From Spirochaetota bacterium (lineage in GTDB: Bacteria > Spirochaetota > UBA4802 > UBA5550): a DNA stretch of 64,000 bases. Under the pieces are notes generated by a model that saw only the letters and a list, made by a program, of their open reading frames with translations, made no database searches and had not been told where the DNA came from. Positions 40,391-50,563 of this stretch are shown piece after piece. Where the stretch lies: positions 29,511 through 93,510 of the forward strand of contig CAXXHB010000001.1 in NCBI GenBank assembly GCA_963664815.2, in the 5' to 3' direction. Positions within the stretch are counted from its first letter, which is position 1; every line of letters starts with the position of its first letter. Both the position numbers and the translations under genes were made by a program.

Positions 40391-41479
40391 CTACAGCCTC
40401 AATTCGGCCTTTAGTTTAACGTCAAACTCGGCTTCAATTTCATTTACTATGGCGTTAAAAAATGATGCTGCCGGATCTTTGTCATCCCTGGAAACAATTG
40501 AATAATAAAGTTTTTTATTCTTCATATCCAGATCGTAATTTTTAAACCATTCCCAGTGATTCTTCAGTTTGTGTTTAAGATACTCATGTATTGCAAACTG
40601 CAGATGCTTGCCGAAACCCTTTACTCCCAGCCCCTTAGCCTCTGCTTTTTTCCGTAAAATACCGGTGAAATAACTCATATCACCCTCTTTGTTCTTTTCT
40701 ATGCAGACGTTAAGGGCATGGGTAACTTCATTAAGCGAACACCCGTATTTACCGGCGTTGTGGTTTATCCAGAAAAATGTGTCATCCCTGTACTGGTTTG
40801 AATCATCAATCAGAAATCCGTTGAAGGCCTTCCGGAATTTTTCATCCTCAGGCGCACCCATAACTATAAGATAACTCTCTGGAGTGGTCTCTGAGGTAAT
40901 CTCTGTATATTCTATTCCGGTAGATCCGCTTTTCGATTCCCCGGATATGCTTTCACCAGAAGCAGCTTTACCATGTTTCGTACCGCTGATTTTCGTACTA
41001 CCTAAAGCAGGTTTCGGCTTTACGGGGGAGTTATGGCCATCTCCTTCCGTACCGTTGGTTTCATCTTTTCCTAAAGCTGAATCCTGCGTTACGTAAAGAG
41101 GGAGAATTTTGCTGAACAGATACTCTTCATTTACCGTATAATATGTAATCCTGTCCGGGGTAATCCAGTAATATATAAATGCATCGGGGAGACTGTCCTT
41201 ATTCCCTTTATTGCGCTTAACAGCCAGGTTGGAGAGGGCTATATCGAATTCCGAGCGGGAAAATCCCAGCTCTTCGCACCATGAATCACCCTCTTTATAC
41301 AGGGCATGGCCGCAGGGCTCTTTAAACTTGTAGAAGGGTTTTCCGTCATTTTTTTTATGCCAGTAAAGGATCTGCAGAAGCAGAATTGTGGAGGTGACCG
41401 ACCCGGTAACCCTGTTCAGCCTGGGCCTGTATGTAACAAGGGATTTATCCTCGGCAAGTAATTCCAGAATAGGTTTCAT
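40391..41479 (-). CDS. phage O-like/plasmid replication initiator (winged-helix N-terminus)
   Basis: YRPRL...TILLLQILYW...FYKF...SWCEELGFSRSEF; low-complexity linker ending TEITSETT. Confidence 0.65.
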   Translation of the reverse strand: MKPILELLAEDKSLVTYRPRLNRVTGSVTSTILLLQILYWHKKNDGKPFYKFKEPCGHALYKEGDSWCEELGFSRSEFDIALSNLAVKRNKGNKDSLPDAFIYYWITPDRITYYTVNEEYLFSKILPLYVTQDSALGKDETNGTEGDGHNSPVKPKPALGSTKISGTKHGKAASGESISGESKSGSTGIEYTEITSETTPESYLIVMGAPEDEKFRKAFNGFLIDDSNQYRDDTFFWINHNAGKYGCSLNEVTHALNVCIEKNKEGDMSYFTGILRKKAEAKGLGVKGFGKHLQFAIHEYLKHKLKNHWEWFKNYDLDMKNKKLYYSIVSRDDKDPAASFFNAIVNEIEAEFDVKLKAELRL

Positions 41480-41519
41480 AACGTGCCCCTTTAATTATGT
41501 CACATAAAAATTTTTTTTG

Positions 41520-41548
41520 TTGACACATGGGCACAGGACTATTATATT
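41520..41548 (+). promoter_or_regulatory. sigma70 promoter antisense to the rep leader
   Basis: TTGACA-17 bp-TATATT. Confidence 0.65.
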
Positions 41549-41587
41549 GATTATAACATTTGAAAATTCAGGGCCCTGCGCCCCTTT

Positions 41588-41630
41588 AAAAAAACCCTGT
41601 TCAGCCGCCAAGCAAGCAGGGTTTTTTATT
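41588..41630. terminator. bidirectional intrinsic terminator
   Basis: aaaaaaaccctg...cagggtttttta. Confidence 0.7.
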
Positions 41631-41812
41631 TATTGCATTACACCTTCAGCTTTAAGAGACTGCCGGGTTCTATAGACTATTTCAGCTGACAGTGACCGGC
41701 CGTTTTCCCTGGCAAGCCTTACAAGCGCGTTCCTGTCTTTACCTTTCATGCTTACCATTTGAGTGACAGTTTCATCGTCAGGAACAAGTTCTTCCGATAG
41801 CTTCCTCGACAT
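41630..41812 (-). CDS. Arc/CopG-like RHH repressor
   Basis: LVRLARENGRSLSAEIVYR; GGAGG RBS. Confidence 0.75.
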   Translation of the reverse strand: MSRKLSEELVPDDETVTQMVSMKGKDRNALVRLARENGRSLSAEIVYRTRQSLKAEGVMQ

Positions 41813-42094
41813 AAAAATGCTACCTCCATCGTTCTATAATTAATCAAAGTTAATTATCATTAATCAATATCTATAATCATTAATTATTGTCAATCAATTT
41901 ATTATGTCTCATGCGAAAAATGTCGGGAAAGAGGTTAAGTCTTTAAGCGGTGCTGACCTGTTCCGGTTTTTTTATGAGAAAAACATATCATCCGGAGGAT
42001 CCATAGTACTACGGCAGCAGCTCCTTGAATCCCGCACAACGTATCAGCCTTGTAGCGGCCGTCAGACAGCTCAAGATCATTCACAAGGACAATC

Positions 42095-42302
42095 CGTGTG
42101 GAGGAACAGCAACAGATGGCTGCCGGAGAGTATGGGAACAGACTTGACAATTTCGGACTTTTATGATGCAAATGGGAATATAAAAGCACTGGAACAGGCA
42201 GCGGCAATTACATGGAATTACCGTGACAACCTGAGTTCAGCAGTTCTTTTAAAACGAGACGCCCCCACAGGTGGGGGAGAGTTAATAAATGACGCGGAGT
42301 AC
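42095..42302 (+). pseudogene. Rhs core fragment
   Basis: YDANGNIKAL...ITWNYRDNLSSAV...DAEY, truncated at both ends. Confidence 0.7.
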
Positions 42303-42464
42303 AAAGTTATTCCGGACTAACCGACCCCTTACCGGTCAGGTTTTACTTTTTTAAAATTACCGGAGTACAGGAAATTGCATTAATTCAATAAAGTTCAACA
42401 GCACACAAAAAGAGGAGCGGACACGACGCCCCCTCCGGCTCCCCCACGGGTGGGGGAGAGTTAA

Positions 42465-43934
42465 TTAATGACGCGGAGTACTATGTATATGACGCATCGG
42501 GGCAACGTGTACGGAAAGTCAGGGAGACTTTACGAAGTGCAGATGTAATAGAAGTAGATGAAAAGATTTATCTTGGCGGAGTGGAGATAAAGCGAATCCG
42601 TGCAATCCAGAATAACAACAATACTACAGAACTGGAAAGAAGTACCCTTCATTTTATGGATGACAAGCGCAGGATTGCAGTTGTACATAACTGGTCTGCT
42701 GATAACAATAACAAGGAAATTGATTCATCCTTTGATTTAAATAACAATAAGATAAGATACCAGTACGGCAACCTTCTCGACAGTGCATCACTGGAACTGG
42801 ATGGGGCAGGGCGTATAATATCTTATGAGGAATATGACGCCACAGGATGTGGCTAATGCAAAGCGCGACAGGATGTCAAAAAAGCGCTTTGCCTTTCCTT
42901 ACGGTGATACAAGCTTTATGGCCGGGACTAACCAGAAGGAAGTTAAGCTCAAAGAGTACAGATACACCGGGAAAGAAAAAGATGACGCCACGGGATTGTA
43001 TTACTACGGAGCAAGGTATTATGCTTCATGGCTGGGGAGATGGTTGAGTGCAGACCCGCTGTTCAGGGAGAACCCGGGAGTATATGAGAGGCCGAAGGGG
43101 AAGGATGAGGATGAACAGAAGAAGCTTGATGAGGAGTTTAAGGGGAAGCTTTATACATAAGGGATGAACCTTTACGGTTACGTTAAGGGGAATCCGGTGA
43201 GGTTTAGTGATCCGAGTGGAAGAGATGGTAGTGATATAATTCTCGATTTACAGCGGGGCCTTGATGAAGGTGCAAATAATCAATGGAAACAGGCAAAACA
43301 GGATTTTTCAAGCGGATCAGCATTGGGTCTATTGAAAGGATCGTGGAATACATATGCAGCTAGCGTAAACAAAGTAACAGCATTCATATTACCTTTAAGC
43401 AAGGATGAAATGTTTGTAGCGGCAATGACTATGGGGTTAGCACCCGCAGCAGGTAAATCTATGAATTATTTGTTGAATCGAGGTGAAAGTCTGCTTTCAA
43501 AAATGGCTATAAAAGGTGGGACAAACAAAGCGTTAGGTTTTGTTGATAAAGTCATTACAAAGGATCAATTTTATGAAAGTGCAATGAAAATTGCTAAAAC
43601 AGGTAATTTTCAAGCAGGAAAAGACAGTGCCATTTTTTATTCTGGACAAGGAATTATGGGAAAAGCGACAAATTTTGCAGAAAGAACTGGAAAGAAAACA
43701 ATTGAATTGACTGATGCAGGTTCAGTTCTAGACAAAATGCACTTGTATAAAAATTTGGGACCTGATCTGGCCGATAAAATATGGAAAGAAGCTTCAACGA
43801 ATTATGCTAAAAGTGCAGAAGGTATCGTCCATAAGTTTATACAAGGCCACCAGCAAGGCAGGGTGTATCAGTCCATCGAAAAACCCATTCTAAAGAATAA
43901 TTCAAAAGTTACCGGATCTAAGTCTCATTACTAA
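42465..43934 (+). pseudogene. orphan Rhs cassette 1 with an ADP-ribosyl-cyclase-like C-terminal toxin (58-nt insert; TAA at 43158)
   Basis: YVYDASGQRVRK, YRYTGKEKD..GLYYYGARYY..W.GRWLSADP, NLY.YV.GNPV..DPSG; tip FYSG...TIELTDAG...WKEAS..YAKSAEG. Confidence 0.75.
42836..42893 (+). other. 58-nt structured insert with two GGA-loop hairpins (identical copy at 44843-44900)
   Basis: Splits EEY|FPYG; gccac-aggat-gtggc and gcaaagcgc-gac-aggat-gtc-aaaaaa-gcgctttgc. Confidence 0.9.
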
Positions 43935-43961
43935 CATTACAAGAATAAGGATGGTCTGCAA

Positions 43962-44255
43962 ATGAAGGGATTTAAAAAAGTATTTGAGGGTGAAGTTATT
44001 CATGAATCAGGGTATGGAATATCTTTTGAAAGAAATAAATTAAAATATTGGAATAATGAGAAAATATTATATATTCCATATGAATCAAATTTAGACCCAT
44101 ATACAGTTATTATCTTCACTTATGGGATTACTAACTGGTACTTACGACCGGATGATTTTATAAAGGAAAGTGAAAAAAATATCATAATTAAAAACATTGA
44201 TAAAGCAATATCTTTTTTAAATATTAAACATGAATTTAATGATGTAAAATATTGA
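43962..44255 (+). CDS. immunity protein (Imm74-like)
   Basis: Directly after the toxin; ITNW..P..I.ESEK..II.NI.KAI.FL. Confidence 0.6.
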   Translation: MKGFKKVFEGEVIHESGYGISFERNKLKYWNNEKILYIPYESNLDPYTVIIFTYGITNWYLRPDDFIKESEKNIIIKNIDKAISFLNIKHEFNDVKY

Positions 44256-44258
44256 AAT

Positions 44259-44490
44259 TGCCCATGCCACACCCTAGTCCATTCTGGACTTGGCGGTTCT
44301 TTATAAGGAACCGCAAGTTCCGGGTACATCCGTTTTTTCTGCTGACACTTAAAAGTCAGTAAATAAGCCGGAGTACAGGAAATTGTATTAATTCAATAAA
44401 GTTCAACAGCACACAAAAAGAGGAGCGGACACGACGCCCCTCCGGCTCCCCCACGGGTGGGGAAGGGTTGATTAATAACGCGGAGTACTA
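44259..44490 (+). repeat. Rhs inter-cassette linker (also 46888-47111; 3' half at 42360-42480)
   Basis: Near-identical multi-hairpin sequence after each immunity gene. Confidence 0.9.
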
Positions 44491-45839
44491 TGTATATGAC
44501 GCATCGGGACAGAGAGTACGCAAAGTCAGGGAGACTTTACGAAGTGCAGATGTAATAGAATTAGATGAAAAGATTTATCTTGGCGGAGTGGAGATAAAGC
44601 GAATCCGTGCAATCCAGAATAACAACAGTACTACAGAACTGGAAAGAAGTACCCTTCATTTTATGGATGACAAGCGCAGGATTGCAGTTGTACATAACTG
44701 GAATCTGAATTCAAACAACAGGGAAATTGATTCATCCTCTGATATAAATAACAATAAGATAAGATACCAGTATGGCAACCATCTCGACAGTGCATCACTG
44801 GAACTGGATGGGGCAGGGAGTATAATATCTTATGAGGAATATGACGCCACAGGATGTGGCTAATGCAAAGCGCGACAGGATGTCAAAAAAGCGCTTTGCC
44901 TTTCCGTATGGAGACACAAGCTTTATGGCCGGGACTAACCAGAAGGAAGTTAAGCTCAAAGAGTACCGATACACCGGGAAAGAAAAAGATGACGCCACAG
45001 GATTGTATTACTACGGAGCAAGGTACTATGCAAGCTGGCTGGGGAGATGGTTGAGTGCAGACCCGCTGTTCAGGGAAAACCCGGGAGTATATGAAAGGCC
45101 GAAACCCAAAGATAAAGATGAAGCACAGAAAGCAGAAGCAGAGTATATGCAGAAGCTTTATTCTGAAGGGTTGAATCTTTATTGCTACGTTAAGGGGAAT
45201 CCGGTTAGGTTTAGGGATGAAAATGGCAATTATCTTATTGAGCATGGAAACAATTCTGATTTATACTTTGTACGTTTTCAAAGCAAAGCAGAGAATAATA
45301 TTGAATTGGCATTCAAAGCTCAGCCATTGATACCATTTACAACAGCCATACTTCATGGTTCAAAAACAATAATGGGAGAATACGATTCGGATCTTAAATT
45401 TCAAACAACAATTAGTGAATCTATTCTAGATTTAATAAAAATGAAGAGTATAAAAACAGCTAAAGAAGTACTCGATTTATATTCTGCTGAAAGGACATTA
45501 AGAGCAGAAATAACAAAGAGAGACTCAGATGCGTTAAGAGAATATGCATTTACTAATGCTGGTGGTGGAAATATAAAAGGTCTAGATACTGTAATTGTTC
45601 ATAAAGATCGTAAAGCAGTTGAAGAGATGGTGAATATATTAGATTTAATGATTGAAAATAAAATTGGTGAGTTAACTAAAGAATCATTTAATCCATATCA
45701 TGATATAAAAAGTGAAAATCAAAGAGAGGATTTTGTAAAAACAGAATTAAATAATTACATAACAACTGAGTTAAAAAAAGATTTTAAACAATTTATTATT
45801 CCATATATCGAGAAAAAGTATGGAAAAACTAAAAATTAA
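44468..45839 (+). pseudogene. orphan Rhs cassette 2 with an uncharacterised C-terminal toxin (58-nt insert)
   Basis: Core near-identical to cassette 1; diverges after GNPVRF.D..G. Confidence 0.75.
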
Positions 45840-45851
45840 AGAGGGATTTTT

Positions 45852-46880
45852 ATGAATGAAAAAGTTCGATTTATAATTTATTCGTTATTTTTCATATTTA
45901 TTACATTCCCATGTTATGCGGATATTTTTCAAATTATTGAAAAGAATAATTATCAGGAATTAAACGAATATCTTAATGATAAGAGAGATATTAATATTAA
46001 GAATGATAAAGGAGAGACTCCTTTAATATTTGCAATTATCCATAAGAATGAAGGAGCAGTTAAATTGCTTTTAAAAAATAATGCTGATATTAATTCTTAT
46101 GATAATAATTATATGACTCCACTTTGCCATGCAGTTGATTCAAATAACATTATATTTATTGAATTATTATTAGACCAGGGGGTTTCATTAAAGAGGAATA
46201 AAAAAATATATACATGTTCACCATTGATAAATACAGTATCGTTGAATAATAAAAAGATTCTCAGGTTACTTATAGATAGAGGAGGGGATATTAATGAAAG
46301 TAATAAAATAGGATGGAGTCTTTTACATTACAGTATAATTGATGGGAATACTGAAATATCAGAATTACTGATTGAGAAAGGGGCTGATATTAATCAGCAG
46401 GATAAAAATGGAGATACACCACTAATTAAGGCTTTAAAAAAATCTAATTTTAAAATTATTAAATTGTTAATAGACCATGGGGCAAATCTTAACATAAAAA
46501 ATAACATAGGGGAAAATGCTTTAATAATCTCTATCCGCTATAATAATATTGATATTATTCAATATTTATTGGCAAAAGGTGCTTCAATTAATAATAAATC
46601 TAATTCTGAAAAGTCAGCTTTACAAGCTTCTGTTGATACGGGTCGAATTGACATAACGAAATATCTTTTTGAAAAAGGGGCAAATATTAATTTAGAAATT
46701 GGTAATGGTGGATATCTTTTAATTAAAGCAATTAAACAAGAAAGATTAGATACGGTTGAGTTACTTTTACAATACAAAGCATCGATATATTGGAAAGATG
46801 AGTTAAAAATGAATGCCCTTGATTGGGCAAAGCAAATTAAGAATGAAAAGATAATTAAAGTAATAGAGAATGCTAAATAA
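45852..46880 (+). CDS. signal-peptide ankyrin-repeat protein, probable immunity protein
   Basis: ~8 ankyrin repeats; AT-rich; 12 bp after the toxin stop. Confidence 0.8.
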   Translation: MNEKVRFIIYSLFFIFITFPCYADIFQIIEKNNYQELNEYLNDKRDINIKNDKGETPLIFAIIHKNEGAVKLLLKNNADINSYDNNYMTPLCHAVDSNNIIFIELLLDQGVSLKRNKKIYTCSPLINTVSLNNKKILRLLIDRGGDINESNKIGWSLLHYSIIDGNTEISELLIEKGADINQQDKNGDTPLIKALKKSNFKIIKLLIDHGANLNIKNNIGENALIISIRYNNIDIIQYLLAKGASINNKSNSEKSALQASVDTGRIDITKYLFEKGANINLEIGNGGYLLIKAIKQERLDTVELLLQYKASIYWKDELKMNALDWAKQIKNEKIIKVIENAK

Positions 46881-47139
46881 CACTGCCTTGCCATGGAACA
46901 AACAAGTCCATTCTGGACAGTACGGTTCCTTATAAGGAACCGCAAGTTCCGGGTACATCCGGTTTATCTGCTGACACTTAAAAGTCAGTAAATAAACCGG
47001 AGTACAGGAAATTGCATTAATTCAATAAAGTTCAAAAGCACACAAAAAAAGGAGCGGACACGACGCCCCCTCCGGCTCCCCCACGAGTGGGGGAGAGTTA
47101 ATTAATGACGTTTCCGCGACTGGTGCTATCCGGACATGG

Positions 47140-47325
47140 GGCGGGTGTATCCAGACAAGCTGGTGATGGGCCTGGGCAACTTTAATAAGTTCATATTTTG
47201 GCGATACATCCATGTTGATGAATTTAATCAACTCATCCATATAGTCATTCACACGGGAAAAATCAGGTGGTATATGCCTGGATCGGTTGATTCTGACATT
47301 TTCTTTCCTGTAAAGCCCCGGGGTT
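47140..47325 (-). pseudogene. Fic-domain fragment
   Basis: PGLYRKENVRI...PP...MDELIKFIN...AHHQLVWIHP, ending at the HPF motif. Confidence 0.7.
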
Positions 47326-47328
47326 CTG

Positions 47329-47511
47329 CATTCCCGTTTCGACTCCGCTCAACGGGCGGTGTGATATATGGTTAAACATGTTAATCCACAGGCTGGGTGC
47401 ATCTGCCGGGTTTGTCAATTTTAAATCGGTGGTGACATCAATGTCAGGGAACTGTCCGTATTGTATTGCAGGTAATCCCGTTAATCCTTAAATCCTGTAA
47501 TCGTGTTCAGA
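47329..47511 (+). repeat. direct repeat flanking the FGE gene (also 49150-49308; partial 50791-50858 and 1666-1703)
   Basis: cattcccgtttcgactccgctcaacgggcgg...taatccttaaatcctgtaatcgtgttcaga. Confidence 0.85.
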
Positions 47512-47514
47512 CAG

Positions 47515-49080
47515 TTACTCAGGTACCCGGATAACCATCCAGAAACCGGTGCCCTGGTCGGTTATCCGCTTAAAGGGATTTGGTATGTCATATTGGTCCC
47601 GGTAATCTGTATGGATCTGATACCATACACTGTACCGCAGATCCTTTATATCACTGCGGCACCCGCCGCCCCTTATATGAAAACTATCAAACCACTCCCA
47701 GGCATTCCCTATCATGTCATAAAGGCCCCAGGCATTGGGCTTCTTTTCACCCACAGGGTGGAGCCTGCCCCCTGAATTCCCTTTATACCAGGCATAGTCA
47801 TCTGTCTTATCATTGCCCCAGTAATAATCGGTATCTGTGCCCGCGCGGGCAGCATACTCCCATTCGTTACGTTCCGGAATATCTGCTTTCACTCCATGTT
47901 TCTTGCCAAACCATCCGCAGAACTCCCTCACCATATAGTGAGACGTTTCAACAACCGCAGGATACCTGCTGCCGAATGTCCATGCCTCTTTGTTTTCAGG
48001 AAAACTCCTGCCAGCTTCATAGCTGTACTTTAAAAATTCACCAAGGGTTACTTCATACTTTGTTATCCAGAAAGCCTTCACATCCATTAAATAACGTTGT
48101 TTTGGATCAAAGCTGTCAGACAGATAAAACTCACCCGCAGGTATATATACAAACTCTATGCCGCCAATGACTTTAACATCACCGGCCCTGGGCTTTCCCC
48201 CTGACTTCAGAACATCAGCATACTTCACATCGTTCTTTTTATAAAAGCGGGGTTCAGTATCTTTATTTATCGATGAATATTTTTTACCCTTATCCTCGAC
48301 AAGTTTAAAGATACCTCTCCCCTTATCATTGCTTTTACATTCAAAGGTTACAATATCCCCGTCAAAGAAACAGAATACCTGGTCGCCCGGGTTTAACGCA
48401 AAACCGGGTTTGTACTCTACCTCAATCCTCTTTGACCATGAACCTGTTTCAACAATCCTCCCCACTACAGGGCGCCTGACAAGATCTTTATATCTTGTTG
48501 CGGTCTTATACGACTTTATTCTGGCAATAAGCTCTTCCGCGCTCTGACGTGGAACCATTTCACATCCGTATTCACACTCTGCATTATGCTCAACACGTTT
48601 AATCTCCTTCCCGGTTTCATCATAGAAGATCTCCGGGCCGCACATAACGTTTTCAAGGGATTTATCTTTCTTTAAACGGAATGTATAGCAGCGCTCTTCT
48701 TTAATTTTACCGTTTTCATGAAAGCGGAGCTGCTTACCGATGTAACGGTCAAAAGAAGAATACCCGGTTTTTTTATGTTTTTCTTTTAAATAATCAAGAT
48801 CAATTTCCTGAACTTTTCTTTCAAGATTACCATTACTATAAAAATAATCATCAATTAAATACTTCCCATCCTCAGTTTCATAAAACAAACGGGACAATTT
48901 CCCATTTTGATACCAAAATACAGAAGGGATTGTATGGAATTTATCATCATATCTCCAATCCGTACCATCCCATATTGCATCTTCAGGTATGTTCGAAGGT
49001 TTTTCTGGTATCTTTTTCTCATCTGCTAAAAGGAATATACCAGCAGCAAGAAAACCAAAAACGAGGATAAGCTTTTTCAT
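47515..49080 (-). CDS. exported FGE-sulfatase (SUMF1/CLec-fold) protein with MORN-variant repeats
   Basis: KYEVT, EWEYAARAG, KKPNAWGLYDMIGNAWEW, RGG. Confidence 0.9.
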   Translation of the reverse strand: MKKLILVFGFLAAGIFLLADEKKIPEKPSNIPEDAIWDGTDWRYDDKFHTIPSVFWYQNGKLSRLFYETEDGKYLIDDYFYSNGNLERKVQEIDLDYLKEKHKKTGYSSFDRYIGKQLRFHENGKIKEERCYTFRLKKDKSLENVMCGPEIFYDETGKEIKRVEHNAECEYGCEMVPRQSAEELIARIKSYKTATRYKDLVRRPVVGRIVETGSWSKRIEVEYKPGFALNPGDQVFCFFDGDIVTFECKSNDKGRGIFKLVEDKGKKYSSINKDTEPRFYKKNDVKYADVLKSGGKPRAGDVKVIGGIEFVYIPAGEFYLSDSFDPKQRYLMDVKAFWITKYEVTLGEFLKYSYEAGRSFPENKEAWTFGSRYPAVVETSHYMVREFCGWFGKKHGVKADIPERNEWEYAARAGTDTDYYWGNDKTDDYAWYKGNSGGRLHPVGEKKPNAWGLYDMIGNAWEWFDSFHIRGGGCRSDIKDLRYSVWYQIHTDYRDQYDIPNPFKRITDQGTGFWMVIRVPE

Positions 49081-49546
49081 TTCTTATTATACTCCTTAGA
49101 TTTTTATTTTACAGCAAAGTGTCACCGTTGTCAAGAACAACATCTTCCGCATTCCCGTTTCGACTCCGCTCAACGGGCGGTGTGATATATGGCTAAACAT
49201 GTTAATCCACAGACTGGGCGCATCTGCCGGGTTTGTCAATGTCAGGGAACTGTCCGTATTATATTGCAGGTAATCCCGTTAATCCTTAAATCCTGTAATC
49301 GTGTTCAGAATTATATGTATAACAGGTTTAAGTTGATCTGCTCCCGAAATTTTAAAAATGCGGGTAGAAGTCATTTTGGTAAATGGGGGTGTTGAGAGAA
49401 GAAAAACGGGGGGATTTACAGTTAATTGAACTATCAGCAGCCTTGATTTTAAGTGACTCATTACACGGTCATAATTCTTTTTTTTTACACTCTTGGACAG
49501 GCAAAGAAAAGAACGCAACGCAGGCGCATTACGCCGCAAAAAATAT

Positions 49547-50563
49547 TTATTTAATTCTGCTTAAGACAGTCTCTTTGTTCTCGGCGGAGAGCAGTATCTC
49601 TAAAGCCTCTTTTATCATCACAGGATCACTGCAGTTTTTAATTATTGCCTCATCATCTTCTGTAACTGATGATCCGAATTTTGTTTTAAGAAATCTTATA
49701 AGAATATCCTGACTCTCGATAAGTTTCCCCTTTTCAATACCCTTTTCAATACCTTTTTCAATGCCTTTTTCAATGCCTTTGAGCTCACCCATCTCCATAA
49801 GTCTTGTTGCCGTTGACATAGCTGCCAAACCTCCTTCAGCGGATATACCTGATATTGTTTTAACAATTTCACCAGGTTCAAAATTCCCCGCGTTATATAG
49901 ATAAAGTATTAAAGACTTCAGAAAATTCAACCCTTTTTCCTCTTCAAAATAGAGCCGGCATATGTTTAAGAAATCTTCAAGGTTTTCCTGCAAAGCCTCT
50001 TCATTGTGAATGTTTTTCATCAGAAGGAATGCTGTCTCAAGCGAAACCCTACGGAAGAAAGTATTCTTTATTTCATCATCTGTAAACCTTGACAGGTCCG
50101 CAAGTATATATTTAAAGTCAGGTACAAACTTTTTAAGGTTTTCATCTATGCCGCTGAAATATTCCGGTAATTCACGGGTATCCCATTTCCCCTCTCCATG
50201 ATATACTATAACAGGTATGACGGGGGTAACTTCCTTATTCTGTTTAAGACATGTTTCCCATATTTTCAACATATATTTAAGCACCTGGAAATGGGGATAC
50301 CTGACCTGATAACTTTTATGTTCAAATAAAAGCGATACCCTTATAACTATATCACCTGTATATTCACATGTATATACTATATCAGAAAACTGTTCCTCAA
50401 GCTCTTCATCAATATATGAGTTAGTATCAATGGCAAGAGTTTCCAGTTTAATATTTCTCCTCAGTTCTCCGGGGAAAATACCATTTATAAAATCAGCTGC
50501 ATTCTCTATATCGCTGAATACTTCTTTAAAGAACTTATCATGAGGATTGGCAATTTTTGTCAT
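49547..50563 (-). CDS. Rpn/YhgA-like (Transposase_31) PD-(D/E)xK nuclease
   Basis: PHDKFFK, SDIVY, LFEHKS, PVIPVIVYHG, GIEK repeats. Confidence 0.92.
   Translation of the reverse strand: MTKIANPHDKFFKEVFSDIENAADFINGIFPGELRRNIKLETLAIDTNSYIDEELEEQFSDIVYTCEYTGDIVIRVSLLFEHKSYQVRYPHFQVLKYMLKIWETCLKQNKEVTPVIPVIVYHGEGKWDTRELPEYFSGIDENLKKFVPDFKYILADLSRFTDDEIKNTFFRRVSLETAFLLMKNIHNEEALQENLEDFLNICRLYFEEEKGLNFLKSLILYLYNAGNFEPGEIVKTISGISAEGGLAAMSTATRLMEMGELKGIEKGIEKGIEKGIEKGKLIESQDILIRFLKTKFGSSVTEDDEAIIKNCSDPVMIKEALEILLSAENKETVLSRIK

Noticed and set aside
42877-42884. A-AAA-AAG -1 slippery site in the Rhs insert
   Set aside because: It lies after the in-frame TAA, and rejoining the toxin frame needs +1 rather than -1.
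47335-47360. tRNA fragment suggested by TTCGACTCC
   Set aside because: No cloverleaf; it is part of a ttcgactccgctca REP-like repeat also present at ~49160.
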